Shown: positions 1 to 8,951 of the stretch, in pieces
Numbering within the stretch: the first letter of the stretch is position 1
Layout: every line of letters begins with the position of its first letter
Assembly (NCBI GenBank): GCA_020247085.1
Contig: JADCJJ010000267.1
Location: 3,582-67,581 of the forward strand
DNA length: 64,000 nt
Reading direction: 5' to 3'
Source of the DNA: Myxococcaceae bacterium
GTDB taxonomy: Bacteria; Myxococcota; Myxococcia; Myxococcales; Myxococcaceae
The notes under the pieces: generated by a model
What the model was told of the DNA's origin: nothing
Seen by the model: only the letters and a program-made list of their open reading frames with translations
Databases searched by the model: none
Program-made: the position numbers and the translations under genes

Positions 1-114
1 GACGGCTTCACCGCGATGGCCGTCGCCGTCGCCGTGGCCGGCGCCCTCGCCGCCGCCCTCTGGCCCGCGCTGCGGGCGTCGCGTCTCAACCCCGTGGAGG
101 CCCTCCGCCAATGA
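1..114 (+). CDS. ABC transporter permease, FtsX/MacB-type, C-terminal fragment (5' part outside window)
   Basis: Frame 1 reads DGFTAMAVAVAVAGALAAALWPALRASRLNPVEALRQ*. This is a last TM helix plus the RxSRLxPxEALR tail typical of FtsX-domain permeases. Stop TGA 112-114 overlaps the next ATG (ATGA). Confidence 0.6.
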   Translation, partial: DGFTAMAVAVAVAGALAAALWPALRASRLNPVEALRQ

Positions 115-830
115 AAGCGCTGCTCCTGACGTTCACGCTGCTGCCGACGCTCGCGCTGGGCGCCGACCCGACGGCCGACGAGATTCTGGCGAAGTACGAC
201 GCGGTGATGGGGCCCTCGACGTTCGAGTCGCAGGCAGAGATGACGGCCACGCGCGAGGACGGCTCGACGCGGACGTACGCGATGCGCTTCCTCAAGCGCG
301 ACGCCGACAAGTTCAGGGTGTGGTTCGCCGAGCCGGCGAGCGTGAAGGGCCAGGAGGTGCTGCGGCTGGGGGACAATGCGTGGGTGTACCTGCCGAACCT
401 GAAGCGGGCGACGCGCATCGCCAACCGCGACAGCTTCCAGGGGGGCGACTTCAACAACGCCGACGTGCTGCGCGTGAACTACCGCGCCGACTACGACGCG
501 AAGCTGGTCGACTCGCCGGTGCCCGACACCTGGGCGCTCAAGCTGAAGGCGAAGACGCCCGAGACCGCCTACGACGCCATCACGCTCATCGTGCGCAAGC
601 GCGACCTGCAGCCGGTGCGCGGCGAGTACTACGGCACCTCGGGCCAGCTCATCCGCTCGGCGACGTTCAGCGACTGGCGCGAGCTCGACAAGGGCTTCGT
701 GCGGCCCGCGCGCGTCGTCATGCAGAACGAGGTGGTGAAGGCGCGCAAGACCGAGATGGTGACGCGGACGTTCAAGGTGAACGTTGACGCGCCGCCGCAG
801 CGCTTCATGCAGGCCGACCTCGGCAAGTGA
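111..830 (+). CDS. LolA-like outer-membrane lipoprotein-sorting/carrier family protein
   Basis: 239 aa with signal peptide MKALLLTFTLLPTLALGA. FRVWFAEPASVKGQEVLRLGDNAWVYLPNLKRATRI and GGDFNNADV match the family usually annotated as outer membrane lipoprotein-sorting protein. A paralog with the same motifs lies at 59962-60723. Confidence 0.75.
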   Translation: MKALLLTFTLLPTLALGADPTADEILAKYDAVMGPSTFESQAEMTATREDGSTRTYAMRFLKRDADKFRVWFAEPASVKGQEVLRLGDNAWVYLPNLKRATRIANRDSFQGGDFNNADVLRVNYRADYDAKLVDSPVPDTWALKLKAKTPETAYDAITLIVRKRDLQPVRGEYYGTSGQLIRSATFSDWRELDKGFVRPARVVMQNEVVKARKTEMVTRTFKVNVDAPPQRFMQADLGK

Positions 831-832
831 CG

Positions 833-2503
833 ATGCGCGCCGCCCTCGCAGCGTTGGCGCTCGGCCTGCCCCTGGTGGCGGCGGCCCGTGGCCCCGGCGC
901 AGGCCCGACGGCGCGGGCGAGCAGGAGCGCCGGCGAGGTGGTGGCGCCCGGCGCGGGCGACGGAGCCGTCGGTGGCGCGGGCGCGGGAGAGGCGCGGGCC
1001 TGGCCAGCGCTCGAGGCCGAGGGGGGGCAGGCCAGCGACGCCGGCGCCGCGCTCCCCGAGGTGGCCGCCACGCCTTCGACCGGCGCCCCCGCCGACGAGC
1101 CACCTTCGGCGAAGAAGGTGGTCGACGTCACCGGCTACGGCATGTCGCGCACGCAGTTCACCCGCGCGCGCCCGTGGGGCCTGCTGCCCACCAACGACGT
1201 GCCGCAGCTGCAGCAACTGCTCGAGTTCAACGCGCAGGTGAAGGTGAGCGTGAAGGAGCGCTCGTACCTGTCGACCGACGTGTCGCTCATCGGCAGCTTC
1301 GGGGGTTTCTACCGGGGCGTCGACGGCGCGGGCCGCGAGGTGGCGCTGCCCGACCGGGCCTCGCCGCAGGTGCAGCCCATCGTCAGCGTCAACGAGTTCT
1401 TCGTTGCGCACGAGTTCCGGCCCGAGCTCAACGTGCTGGTGGGCAAGAAGCGCATCGTCTGGGGGCCGGGCCTGGCGTTCAACCCGACCGACCTGCTCAA
1501 CCCGCGGCGCGACCCGACCGACCCGACGTTCCAGCGGTCGGGCGTCTGGCTCGCGCAGGTCGAGGCGCCGCTGTCGTTCGCCACCTTCTCGCTCGTCTTC
1601 GCGCCCACGCAGCTCAAGCAGGTCTCGGGGCTGCCGACGCACTTCCTCTTCTGGCCCTCGTGGGACCAGCGCGACACGCAGGCTCACTACCAGCTCGCCG
1701 CCCGCGCCTACGCGCTCGTCTGGGACACCGACGTGACGCTGATGGTGTTCTACGGCAACCGTTCGGTCGACGTCTTCGAGTCCAAGCCGCGGGTGGGGCT
1801 CTCGTTCAGCCGCGTCTTCTTCGAGGCCCTCGAGGTGCACGGCGAGGCGCTGCTCCAGACGGGCAGCCCGCGCGACTTCGTCGACCCCGCCTGCGTGGCG
1901 AGCCTCGTCGCCGCCAACCTCTGCCAGGCCCAGCGCCGGCCCTTCACCACCAAGGCGAAGCTCACCGAAGAGGTGCTGCGCCCGCGCGTGCTGGTGGGCG
2001 CCCGGTGGCAGTTCGCCGACGACTCGCTCCTGTCGCTCGAGTACCTCTACCAGCACGACGGGTGGAACCAGGACCACTTCCAGGCGCTCGCCGACACGCT
2101 CGGCCTCATCCCCGAGGCGCGGGCGCTGGGCTTCGACGCGGCGAACGTGCCGGGCGCCAGCGCGCTGTTCGGCGGCACCTCGCCCGACGGTCTGCCGGTG
2201 CGCTTCGCGTTCGACCCGCGCGGCCGGCACTATGCCTTCCTCACCTTCCAGAAGCCGCGGCTCTTCGACGACTTCACCCTGCAGGCCGTCGTCATCGCCA
2301 ACCTCAGAGACCTCTCCTCCATCGTCAACGCCTCGCTCGCCTGGTCGACGACCGAGTGGCTCACCCTGTCGCTGCTCGCCTTCGCCCCCGTGCCAGGCCC
2401 CGACGCGCTCGCCACCCGCACCGCGCAGGGCACGCCGGTCACCGAGTTCGGCGTCACCCCCTTCGCCTTCCGCGCGATGTTCGAGGCGCGCGCGTTCTTC
2501 TGA
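833..2503 (+). CDS. predicted outer-membrane beta-barrel protein (DUF1302-like, tentative)
   Basis: ATG at 833 (GTG 827 is an alternative, overlapping the upstream stop). Signal peptide MRAALAALALGLPLVAAA, then an Ala/Gly/Pro linker and a strand-rich body with GKKRIVWGPGLAFNPTDLLNP. C-terminus FEARAFF has a terminal Phe as in OM barrels. Family name is from memory of the motif only. Confidence 0.5.
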   Translation: MRAALAALALGLPLVAAARGPGAGPTARASRSAGEVVAPGAGDGAVGGAGAGEARAWPALEAEGGQASDAGAALPEVAATPSTGAPADEPPSAKKVVDVTGYGMSRTQFTRARPWGLLPTNDVPQLQQLLEFNAQVKVSVKERSYLSTDVSLIGSFGGFYRGVDGAGREVALPDRASPQVQPIVSVNEFFVAHEFRPELNVLVGKKRIVWGPGLAFNPTDLLNPRRDPTDPTFQRSGVWLAQVEAPLSFATFSLVFAPTQLKQVSGLPTHFLFWPSWDQRDTQAHYQLAARAYALVWDTDVTLMVFYGNRSVDVFESKPRVGLSFSRVFFEALEVHGEALLQTGSPRDFVDPACVASLVAANLCQAQRRPFTTKAKLTEEVLRPRVLVGARWQFADDSLLSLEYLYQHDGWNQDHFQALADTLGLIPEARALGFDAANVPGASALFGGTSPDGLPVRFAFDPRGRHYAFLTFQKPRLFDDFTLQAVVIANLRDLSSIVNASLAWSTTEWLTLSLLAFAPVPGPDALATRTAQGTPVTEFGVTPFAFRAMFEARAFF

Positions 2504-2514
2504 CGGAGTCACCC

Positions 2515-3210
2515 ATGGCGCACCTCATCGAGCTGTCGGGCATCACCAGGTCGTACCGGTTGGGCATGACCGAGGTCGTCGCGCTGCGGGGCGTCGACCT
2601 CACCATCGACGCCGGCGAGTTCACCGTCGTCACCGGCCCCTCGGGCAGCGGCAAGACGACGCTGCTCAACATCATCGGCTGCCTCGACCGCGCCAGCAGC
2701 GGCCGCTACGTGCTCGACGGCATCGACGTATCGAACCGCGACTTCGACGACCTCGCCGAGGTGCGCAACCAGAAGATCGGCTTCATCTTCCAGAGCTTCA
2801 ACCTCATCCCCGTGCTCGACGTGGCCGAGAACATCGAGTTCCCCTGCGCGGTGCGGGAGGGCGGTGAGTCGCCGGCGGCGCTCCGCGCCCGCGTCGAGGC
2901 CCTGGCCCGCGCGGTCGGCCTCGAGCAGTACCTGCACCACAAGCCCGACGAGCTCTCGGGCGGCCAGCGACAGCGCGTCGCCATCGCGCGCGCCCTCATC
3001 ACCACGCCTCGGCTGGTGCTCGCCGACGAGCCGACCGCCAACCTCGACTCGAAGACGAGCGAGCAGATCATCGACCTCATGCTGGCGCTCAACCGGGACC
3101 AGGGCGTCACCTTCCTCTTCTCGACGCACGACCCGCGGGTGGTGCAGCACGCGCGCCGGGCGCTGCAGATTCGAGACGGCCAGATGGTCGACGGGGCCCT
3201 GGCCCACTGA
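2515..3210 (+). CDS. ABC transporter ATP-binding protein (MacB/LolD-like)
   Basis: Walker A GPSGSGKTT, Q-loop FIFQSFNL, signature LSGGQRQRVAIARAL, Walker B LVLADEPT, H-loop STHD. The real start is ATG 2515, inside the 784..3210 track ORF. Confidence 0.95.
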   Translation: MAHLIELSGITRSYRLGMTEVVALRGVDLTIDAGEFTVVTGPSGSGKTTLLNIIGCLDRASSGRYVLDGIDVSNRDFDDLAEVRNQKIGFIFQSFNLIPVLDVAENIEFPCAVREGGESPAALRARVEALARAVGLEQYLHHKPDELSGGQRQRVAIARALITTPRLVLADEPTANLDSKTSEQIIDLMLALNRDQGVTFLFSTHDPRVVQHARRALQIRDGQMVDGALAH

Positions 3211-3271
3211 GCGGGACGACGGCCCGCGGCGGTGACTTGTGGGGAGGCCGCGCCTGCGCTTTGTCACGGAC

Positions 3272-6200
3272 ATGCAACAACTCCGTACCGCCGTCGTCGT
3301 CACGACTGTCGCCGTGCTCCTGTCGTGCCCGAAGCCGGGAGGTGGCGGAGGGTCGGTGAACCCGCGCCGCTGCGAGCTCGACCTCAAGGCCGCGGGGCTG
3401 GTGACGACGGAGGGCGCGGGGGCGCGCGCGAAGGTGGTCGAGGGAGACGCCGACCTGGTGCACGGGCCGGGCGCGCAGGGGCGGGTGGGTGACGTGCTGC
3501 TCGCCAACGACCGGGTGCGGGTCGTCATCGAGCAACCGGGGCGCTCGGTCGGGCCGCTGCTGTCGGGGGGCAACATCATCGACGCCGACGTGGTGCGCGC
3601 GCCGGGAGCGCCCGGCCGTGACGCCTTCGGGCGCTCGTCGCTCTTCTACGCGCTGGGGCGCCTCGTCAGCGTGACCGACGTCGAGATCGTCTCGGACGGC
3701 GCGAGCGGCGGCCCGGCCATCGTCGCCGCCTCGGGCAAGGACGTGCAGCACGACCTGCTCAACCTCAAGGCGCTCGTCACCGAGGTGGCGGGGCTGCCGC
3801 TCGAGCCGGTGGTCGACCCGACGACGCCGCTGCCCCTTCGGGCCACCACCTACTTCGCGCTGTCGCCGGGCGAGTCGCGCGTGCGCGTCGTCACCGCCTT
3901 CTGCAACGACTCCGACGCGACCATCAACCTGCCGCTCATCGAGTTGATGGACGTGGGGGCCTTCGAGCTGTTCAACCCAGGCGGGTGCCAGAACGGCCTC
4001 GGCGCCAGCAAGCTCGACGACCGCGATTGCCTCGCCGACCGCTCCCGGTGGATCGGCACGCAGGCCGACGGCGTGGCCTACGGGCTCCGAAGCATGTCGC
4101 TGCGTGACCCGAGGCAGCCCGTCAAGGCCAACGCCGTCATCGGCTACGGGGGCGTCGTGGGCTCGTTCGTCGAGGGCGAGAACCTCGACGGGCTGCTCAA
4201 GTGGTTCGACCCGCAGGCCGCCGTGCGGCCCGGCACCTTCAACGTGCTGGCGAGACAACAGCGGGCCTACGCGCGCGACTTCGTCGTCGCGAAGGACCTC
4301 GCCGGGGTCGGCGACGTGCTCGCGGCCATCGACGGCGCGCCCACGGGCACCCTCGAGGTGGCGGTGCAGCCCGGCATCGCGGCCGACGCGGCGGGCGCGA
4401 GGGTCAGCGTCGTCGACGCGGCCACCGGCACGATGACGACGCTGGCGGTGGCCGACGGGGCCGGGCTGGCGCGGGCGACGCTGGCGCCGGGCGAGTACCG
4501 CGTCAGCGCCGCGCGCGAGGGCCATCGGCTCGGCGCTCCCGTCACCGTGACGGTCGTGGCCGGACAGACGGCGACGGCGCGCCCCGTGCTCGGCGATGGG
4601 CGACGGCTCACGGTCACGGTGAAAGACCCCTCGGGCGAATCGACGCCGGCGAAGCTGACCGTCTTCTGCTCGCCGTCACCCTGCCCCTTCTCGGCGGACA
4701 CCTGGAAGCAGCACCTGCTCGTCGAGCAATACCCGATGGGCGCGGCGGCCATCGGCTACGTCCCCCCCACGGGCTCGCTGACGCTGACGCTCCCGCCGGG
4801 GCGGTACGAGGCCGTCGTCTCGCGCGGGCCCGAGTCGTCGGCGTGGCCCGAGACCTGGCCCACGCGGGGTGCGAGCGTCGACCTCACCGCCGGCGACGCG
4901 ACGCTGGCGGCTACCATCGCCCGCGTCGTCGACACGCCCGGCTGGGTGTCGGCGGACCTGCACGTGCACGCGGCGCCGAGCACCGACAGCGCCGTGGCCA
5001 ACGAGCTGCGGGTCGCCAGCTTCCTCGCCGAGGGCGTCGACGTGCTGCTGTCGACGGACCACGAGGTCATCACCGACTTCGCGCCGGTGGTCCGCGCGCT
5101 CAACGCCGAGTCGCTCATCGCGACGATGATCGGAGAAGAGGTGACGAGCTTCTCGCACGGCCACTTCAACACCTTCCCGATGAAGCGCGACGCGGCGCTC
5201 CCCAACGGCGGCGCCTTCGACCACGCGGGGGGCGAAGACGGGCCGACGCTCCGCATGCCGCAGCTGTTCGCTGGCCTCAAGGCCGAGCACCCGGGGGCGG
5301 TGGTGCAGCTCAACCACCCGCGCGGCTCGAGCGGCGTGCTGACGCAGCTGCGCGTCGACACCGCGACCCTGGCCAGCCGCGCGGCGCCCGAGGCGTTCGG
5401 CATGGCGCCGGCGCCCGACGCGACGGCCGCCGACACGAAGCTCTTCGGCGACGGCTTCGACGCAGTCGAGTCGGCCAACGGCACCTCGCCGAGCACTGCC
5501 GTGCTCAACGACTGGATGACGTTCCTCTCGCGCGGCACGGTGCGGACGGCGACCGGCGTATCGGACACGCACAAGGCCTACAGCGACGAGCCCGGCTACG
5601 CGCGCACCTACGCGAAGGTGGCCGGTGACAGCCCGGCGGCCTTCCAGCCGGCGCAGTTCGCCGAGGCGATTCGCACCCAGCGGGCCTACGTCACCAACGG
5701 GCCCGTCCTGGCCGTCACCGCGCGCCGGCTCGACGCGGCGATGCAGCCGGTGGGGCCGGTCATCGACATCGGCGGCACGGTGTCGGTGGCGGCGAACGAC
5801 GCGGTCGAGCTCACCGTCGACGTCCAGGGCCCCGAGTGGCTGCACGTCGACCGCGTCGAGGTGTACAGCCACGCGGCCGGCCGGGAGGCGACCGACGGCA
5901 AGAGCAACAGCTCGTGGCCCGAGGGGCGGGTGCTCGAGCGCCGGGCCATCGCCATGCCGACGCTCGAAGCCGTGCCGGGCACGGGGCTGCGCCGGCTGCA
6001 CCACGTCGAGCGCCTGGTGGTGCGCCCCGCGCGCGACACCTGGTACGTGGTGATGGTGCGGGGCTCTCGGGCGCTGCGGCCGCTTCACGACGCGCCCGCC
6101 GTCGCCTACTCGAACGCCATTCTCGTCGACGCGGACGGCTCGGGCCGGTACGACGACTTTCCCCTGAAGCCGGGGCAGCCGCTGCGCCGGCCCCCGGCGG

Positions 6201-6283
6201 TACCGGCGGCGCCGCGGGTGCCGACGCGCGAGGAGCTGGGCCGGGCCCTCGTCAAGCTGCTGGAGCACAAGCACGACGAGTGA
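3272..6283 (+). CDS. PHP-domain (CehA/McbA-like) metallo-phosphoesterase lipoprotein
   Basis: ATG 3272 with lipobox VLLSC. Ig-like/CarboxypepD_reg-like stretches (GEYRVSAAREGH). PHP-type metal ligands DLHVHAAPSTDS, HGHFNTFP, LNHPRG, GVSDTHK. Confidence 0.7.
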   Translation: MQQLRTAVVVTTVAVLLSCPKPGGGGGSVNPRRCELDLKAAGLVTTEGAGARAKVVEGDADLVHGPGAQGRVGDVLLANDRVRVVIEQPGRSVGPLLSGGNIIDADVVRAPGAPGRDAFGRSSLFYALGRLVSVTDVEIVSDGASGGPAIVAASGKDVQHDLLNLKALVTEVAGLPLEPVVDPTTPLPLRATTYFALSPGESRVRVVTAFCNDSDATINLPLIELMDVGAFELFNPGGCQNGLGASKLDDRDCLADRSRWIGTQADGVAYGLRSMSLRDPRQPVKANAVIGYGGVVGSFVEGENLDGLLKWFDPQAAVRPGTFNVLARQQRAYARDFVVAKDLAGVGDVLAAIDGAPTGTLEVAVQPGIAADAAGARVSVVDAATGTMTTLAVADGAGLARATLAPGEYRVSAAREGHRLGAPVTVTVVAGQTATARPVLGDGRRLTVTVKDPSGESTPAKLTVFCSPSPCPFSADTWKQHLLVEQYPMGAAAIGYVPPTGSLTLTLPPGRYEAVVSRGPESSAWPETWPTRGASVDLTAGDATLAATIARVVDTPGWVSADLHVHAAPSTDSAVANELRVASFLAEGVDVLLSTDHEVITDFAPVVRALNAESLIATMIGEEVTSFSHGHFNTFPMKRDAALPNGGAFDHAGGEDGPTLRMPQLFAGLKAEHPGAVVQLNHPRGSSGVLTQLRVDTATLASRAAPEAFGMAPAPDATAADTKLFGDGFDAVESANGTSPSTAVLNDWMTFLSRGTVRTATGVSDTHKAYSDEPGYARTYAKVAGDSPAAFQPAQFAEAIRTQRAYVTNGPVLAVTARRLDAAMQPVGPVIDIGGTVSVAANDAVELTVDVQGPEWLHVDRVEVYSHAAGREATDGKSNSSWPEGRVLERRAIAMPTLEAVPGTGLRRLHHVERLVVRPARDTWYVVMVRGSRALRPLHDAPAVAYSNAILVDADGSGRYDDFPLKPGQPLRRPPAVPAAPRVPTREELGRALVKLLEHKHDE

Positions 6284-6284
6284 C

Positions 6285-8951
6285 GTGGGCGCTCTGCGAC
6301 GGCCGGGGGTCGGTGTTACACCGACTCCCGTCGTGCGCGCCGCGCTCTTCGTCTTCGTCCTCGTGCTCCTCCACGCTCCCGCGGCCGTCGCCCAGGCTGA
6401 CGGTGGCGCGGGCGTGCTGACCAGGGCGCCGGCGCTGCTCGAGCGCGTCGAGGCCACCTTCCCGCCGGAGCTGCTCGACGCCGGCGTGGGGGGCACGGTG
6501 GTGATGCAGCTCGACCTGGGGGCCGACGGGTCGGTCACCGACGCGCAGGTGGTGCAGAGCGCCGGCGCGGCCTTCGACCGCGAGGCGTTGGCGGCGGTGC
6601 GCCGCTTCCGCTTCACGCCGGCCGAGGTCGACTTCGTGCCGGCGCCGGTGCGCATTCAGTTCAGCTACCAGTTCTTCTTCCGCCAGCAGGTGGTCGAGGT
6701 GCCGCTGCCGCCCGACGCGGGGACCGCGGGTGTCGTCAACTTCACCGGCCTGGTGCTCGAGCGCGGCACGCGCGACCCGCTGCCGGACACGCAGGTCGTC
6801 GTCGGCGAGGGCGACCTTGCGAGAGAGGCCCTCACCGGCCCCGACGGGCGCTTCGCCCTCGAGGGCGTGCCGAGCGGCGCGCAGCGCGTGGTGGTGCTGC
6901 GGCCAGGCTCCGCGAAGTTCGAGACGACCGAGCGCTTCAGCGCCGGCCAGCGCACCGACGTGACGTACTACGTGCGCAAGCAGCTCTACGGCACCTACGA
7001 GACGGTGGTGCGGGCGCCGAAGGAGCGCAAGGAGGTGGCGCAGGTCACCCTGCGGCAAGAAGAGATCCGCCTCATCCCCGGCACCAACGGCGACGCGTTC
7101 CGGGTGGTGCAGAACCTGCCTGGCGTGGCGCGGGCGCCCTTCGGCCTCGGCTTCCTCGTCATCCGCGGCTCCAAGCCGTGGGACACGCGCACGTTCGTCG
7201 ACGAGGCGCCGGTGCCGCTGCTGTTCCACTTCGGCGGGCTCTTCTCGACGTACAACTCGAGCCTGCTCGAGTCGCTCACGTTCCAGCAGGGCAACTACGG
7301 CGCCGAGTTCGGCCGGGGCATCGCGGGGTTGGTGACGGCGACGGCGCGCACCCCGTCGAAGAAGGGCGTGCACGGCTCCTTCGACGTCAACATCGCCGAC
7401 GTGTCGGGGCTCATCGAGCTGCCGCTGTCGCAGGAGTGGTCGGTGGCGGTGTCGGCGCGCCGCAGCTACGTCGACGCCTTCCTGCCGGCGGTGCTCTCGC
7501 TCATCCCCGGAGCGACCGAGACCGTCGGCTTCACCGTGGCCCCGCGCTACTGGGACTACCAGGCGCGGCTCGAGTGGAAGCCGGCGACGGGCAAGCGCCG
7601 CTTCTTCGTCAGCTTCTTCGGCTCGTCGGACCAGCTCGTCGCCGCGCTGCCCAACCCGGCGCTCGACCCCGAGGGGCGCGCCACCTTTGGCACCTCGATC
7701 GCCTACAACCGCCTCGTCTTCGGGGTCGACGCGAAGCTGTCGGGCCGCGTCGACTTCCGCTCCCGCACCACGCTGGGCCTCGATGACGTCGGCTTCTCGG
7801 CGGGGAGTGACCTGTTCGCGCGGAGCCGGTTGTTCCCCGTCATCACGCGCAACACCTTCACCATCGACGTGCCCGAGGCGAAGCTGACGCTGGCGACAGG
7901 CCTCGACCTGCAGCTGCTGCCGTACGGGCTCGAGATTCAGTCGCCCCCGCTGCCGCGCGTCGGCGCCATCCCCGACCCGTTCGGCTCCCGGCGCCTCGTC
8001 TCGGTGAAGACGAACGTCTTCATGGCCGAGCCGGCGGCGTTCGGAGAGGCCGTCTGGCAACCCGTCACCGGGCTCAAGCTCGTCGGCGGGCTGCGCGGCG
8101 ACTACAACTCGCTGATGAACAAGGCGTGGGCCGACCCGCGGCTCTCGGCGCTGTGGCAGGTGCACGAGCGGGTGCTGCTGAAGGGCGGCGCGGGGCTCTA
8201 CCACCAGCCGCCGGACTACCGGCAGGGGCTGCTCACCCGCGAGTTCGGCAACCCCGACCTGCAGCCCGAGGGCGCGCGGCAGTACATGGTGGGTGGCGAG
8301 GTGCGCGTCACCGACGCCATCAGCCTCGATGTGCAGCTCTACTACAAGGACCTGTTCAACCAGGCGCGGGCGACGCTGGCCGGCTCGACGAGTGACTTCT
8401 CGGGCGGTGGCTCGCCGGTGCTGTACGGGAGCTTCGGGCGCGGGCGCAGCTTCGGCGCCGAGGTGCTGCTGCGGCACCAACTGACGAAGAACTTCTTCGG
8501 CTGGGTGGCCTACAGCCTTTCGCGCACCGAGCGTGACTTCCGCGGCGGCACGGTGTGGGCGCTCGCGCAGTTCGACCAACCGCACAACCTCGTCGTGGTG
8601 GCCAGCTACAAGCTGCCGCTCGACTTCATCGTCGGCGCGCGGGTGCGCTACACGTCGGGGCCGCTGCGTACGCCCGTCGTCGGCGCCATCTACGACGTCA
8701 ACGGGAACTACTACTTCCCCATCCCCGGGGAGCAGTTCAGCGAGCGACTGCCCGACTTCTTCCAGCTCGACGTGCGGCTCGACAAGCGCTTCGTCTTCCA
8801 GAGCTGGGTGCTGGCCCTGTACCTCGACGTACAGAACGTCACCAATCGCCGCAACGTCGAGGCGGTGCAGAACGCCTACGACTACTCGGCGCAGACGTAC
8901 ATCACCGGGCTGCCGATTCTGCCGGTGCTGGGCGTGCGGGGGGAGTACTGA
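6285..8951 (+). CDS. TonB-dependent receptor-like OM barrel with N-terminal TonB C-terminal domain and CarboxypepD_reg domain
   Basis: GTG 6285, signal peptide ending AVAQA. TonB_C-like FPPELLDAGVGGTVVMQLDLGADGSVTDAQVVQSAGAAFDREALAAVRRFRFTPA. CarboxypepD_reg-like GLVLERGTRDPLPDTQVVVGE..TGPDGRFALEGVPSG. Plug motif IRLIPGTNGDAFRVVQNLPGVA. Long barrel ending in an aromatic residue (..GVRGEY). Confidence 0.8.
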   Translation: MGALRRPGVGVTPTPVVRAALFVFVLVLLHAPAAVAQADGGAGVLTRAPALLERVEATFPPELLDAGVGGTVVMQLDLGADGSVTDAQVVQSAGAAFDREALAAVRRFRFTPAEVDFVPAPVRIQFSYQFFFRQQVVEVPLPPDAGTAGVVNFTGLVLERGTRDPLPDTQVVVGEGDLAREALTGPDGRFALEGVPSGAQRVVVLRPGSAKFETTERFSAGQRTDVTYYVRKQLYGTYETVVRAPKERKEVAQVTLRQEEIRLIPGTNGDAFRVVQNLPGVARAPFGLGFLVIRGSKPWDTRTFVDEAPVPLLFHFGGLFSTYNSSLLESLTFQQGNYGAEFGRGIAGLVTATARTPSKKGVHGSFDVNIADVSGLIELPLSQEWSVAVSARRSYVDAFLPAVLSLIPGATETVGFTVAPRYWDYQARLEWKPATGKRRFFVSFFGSSDQLVAALPNPALDPEGRATFGTSIAYNRLVFGVDAKLSGRVDFRSRTTLGLDDVGFSAGSDLFARSRLFPVITRNTFTIDVPEAKLTLATGLDLQLLPYGLEIQSPPLPRVGAIPDPFGSRRLVSVKTNVFMAEPAAFGEAVWQPVTGLKLVGGLRGDYNSLMNKAWADPRLSALWQVHERVLLKGGAGLYHQPPDYRQGLLTREFGNPDLQPEGARQYMVGGEVRVTDAISLDVQLYYKDLFNQARATLAGSTSDFSGGGSPVLYGSFGRGRSFGAEVLLRHQLTKNFFGWVAYSLSRTERDFRGGTVWALAQFDQPHNLVVVASYKLPLDFIVGARVRYTSGPLRTPVVGAIYDVNGNYYFPIPGEQFSERLPDFFQLDVRLDKRFVFQSWVLALYLDVQNVTNRRNVEAVQNAYDYSAQTYITGLPILPVLGVRGEY

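Noticed and set aside
784-3210. 808-aa ORF as a single protein
   Set aside because: The first 577 codons overlap the barrel gene in another frame and are Arg/Gly/Ala/Pro-rich. ABC ATPase motifs begin only after ATG 2515, which follows the barrel gene stop by 11 nt.
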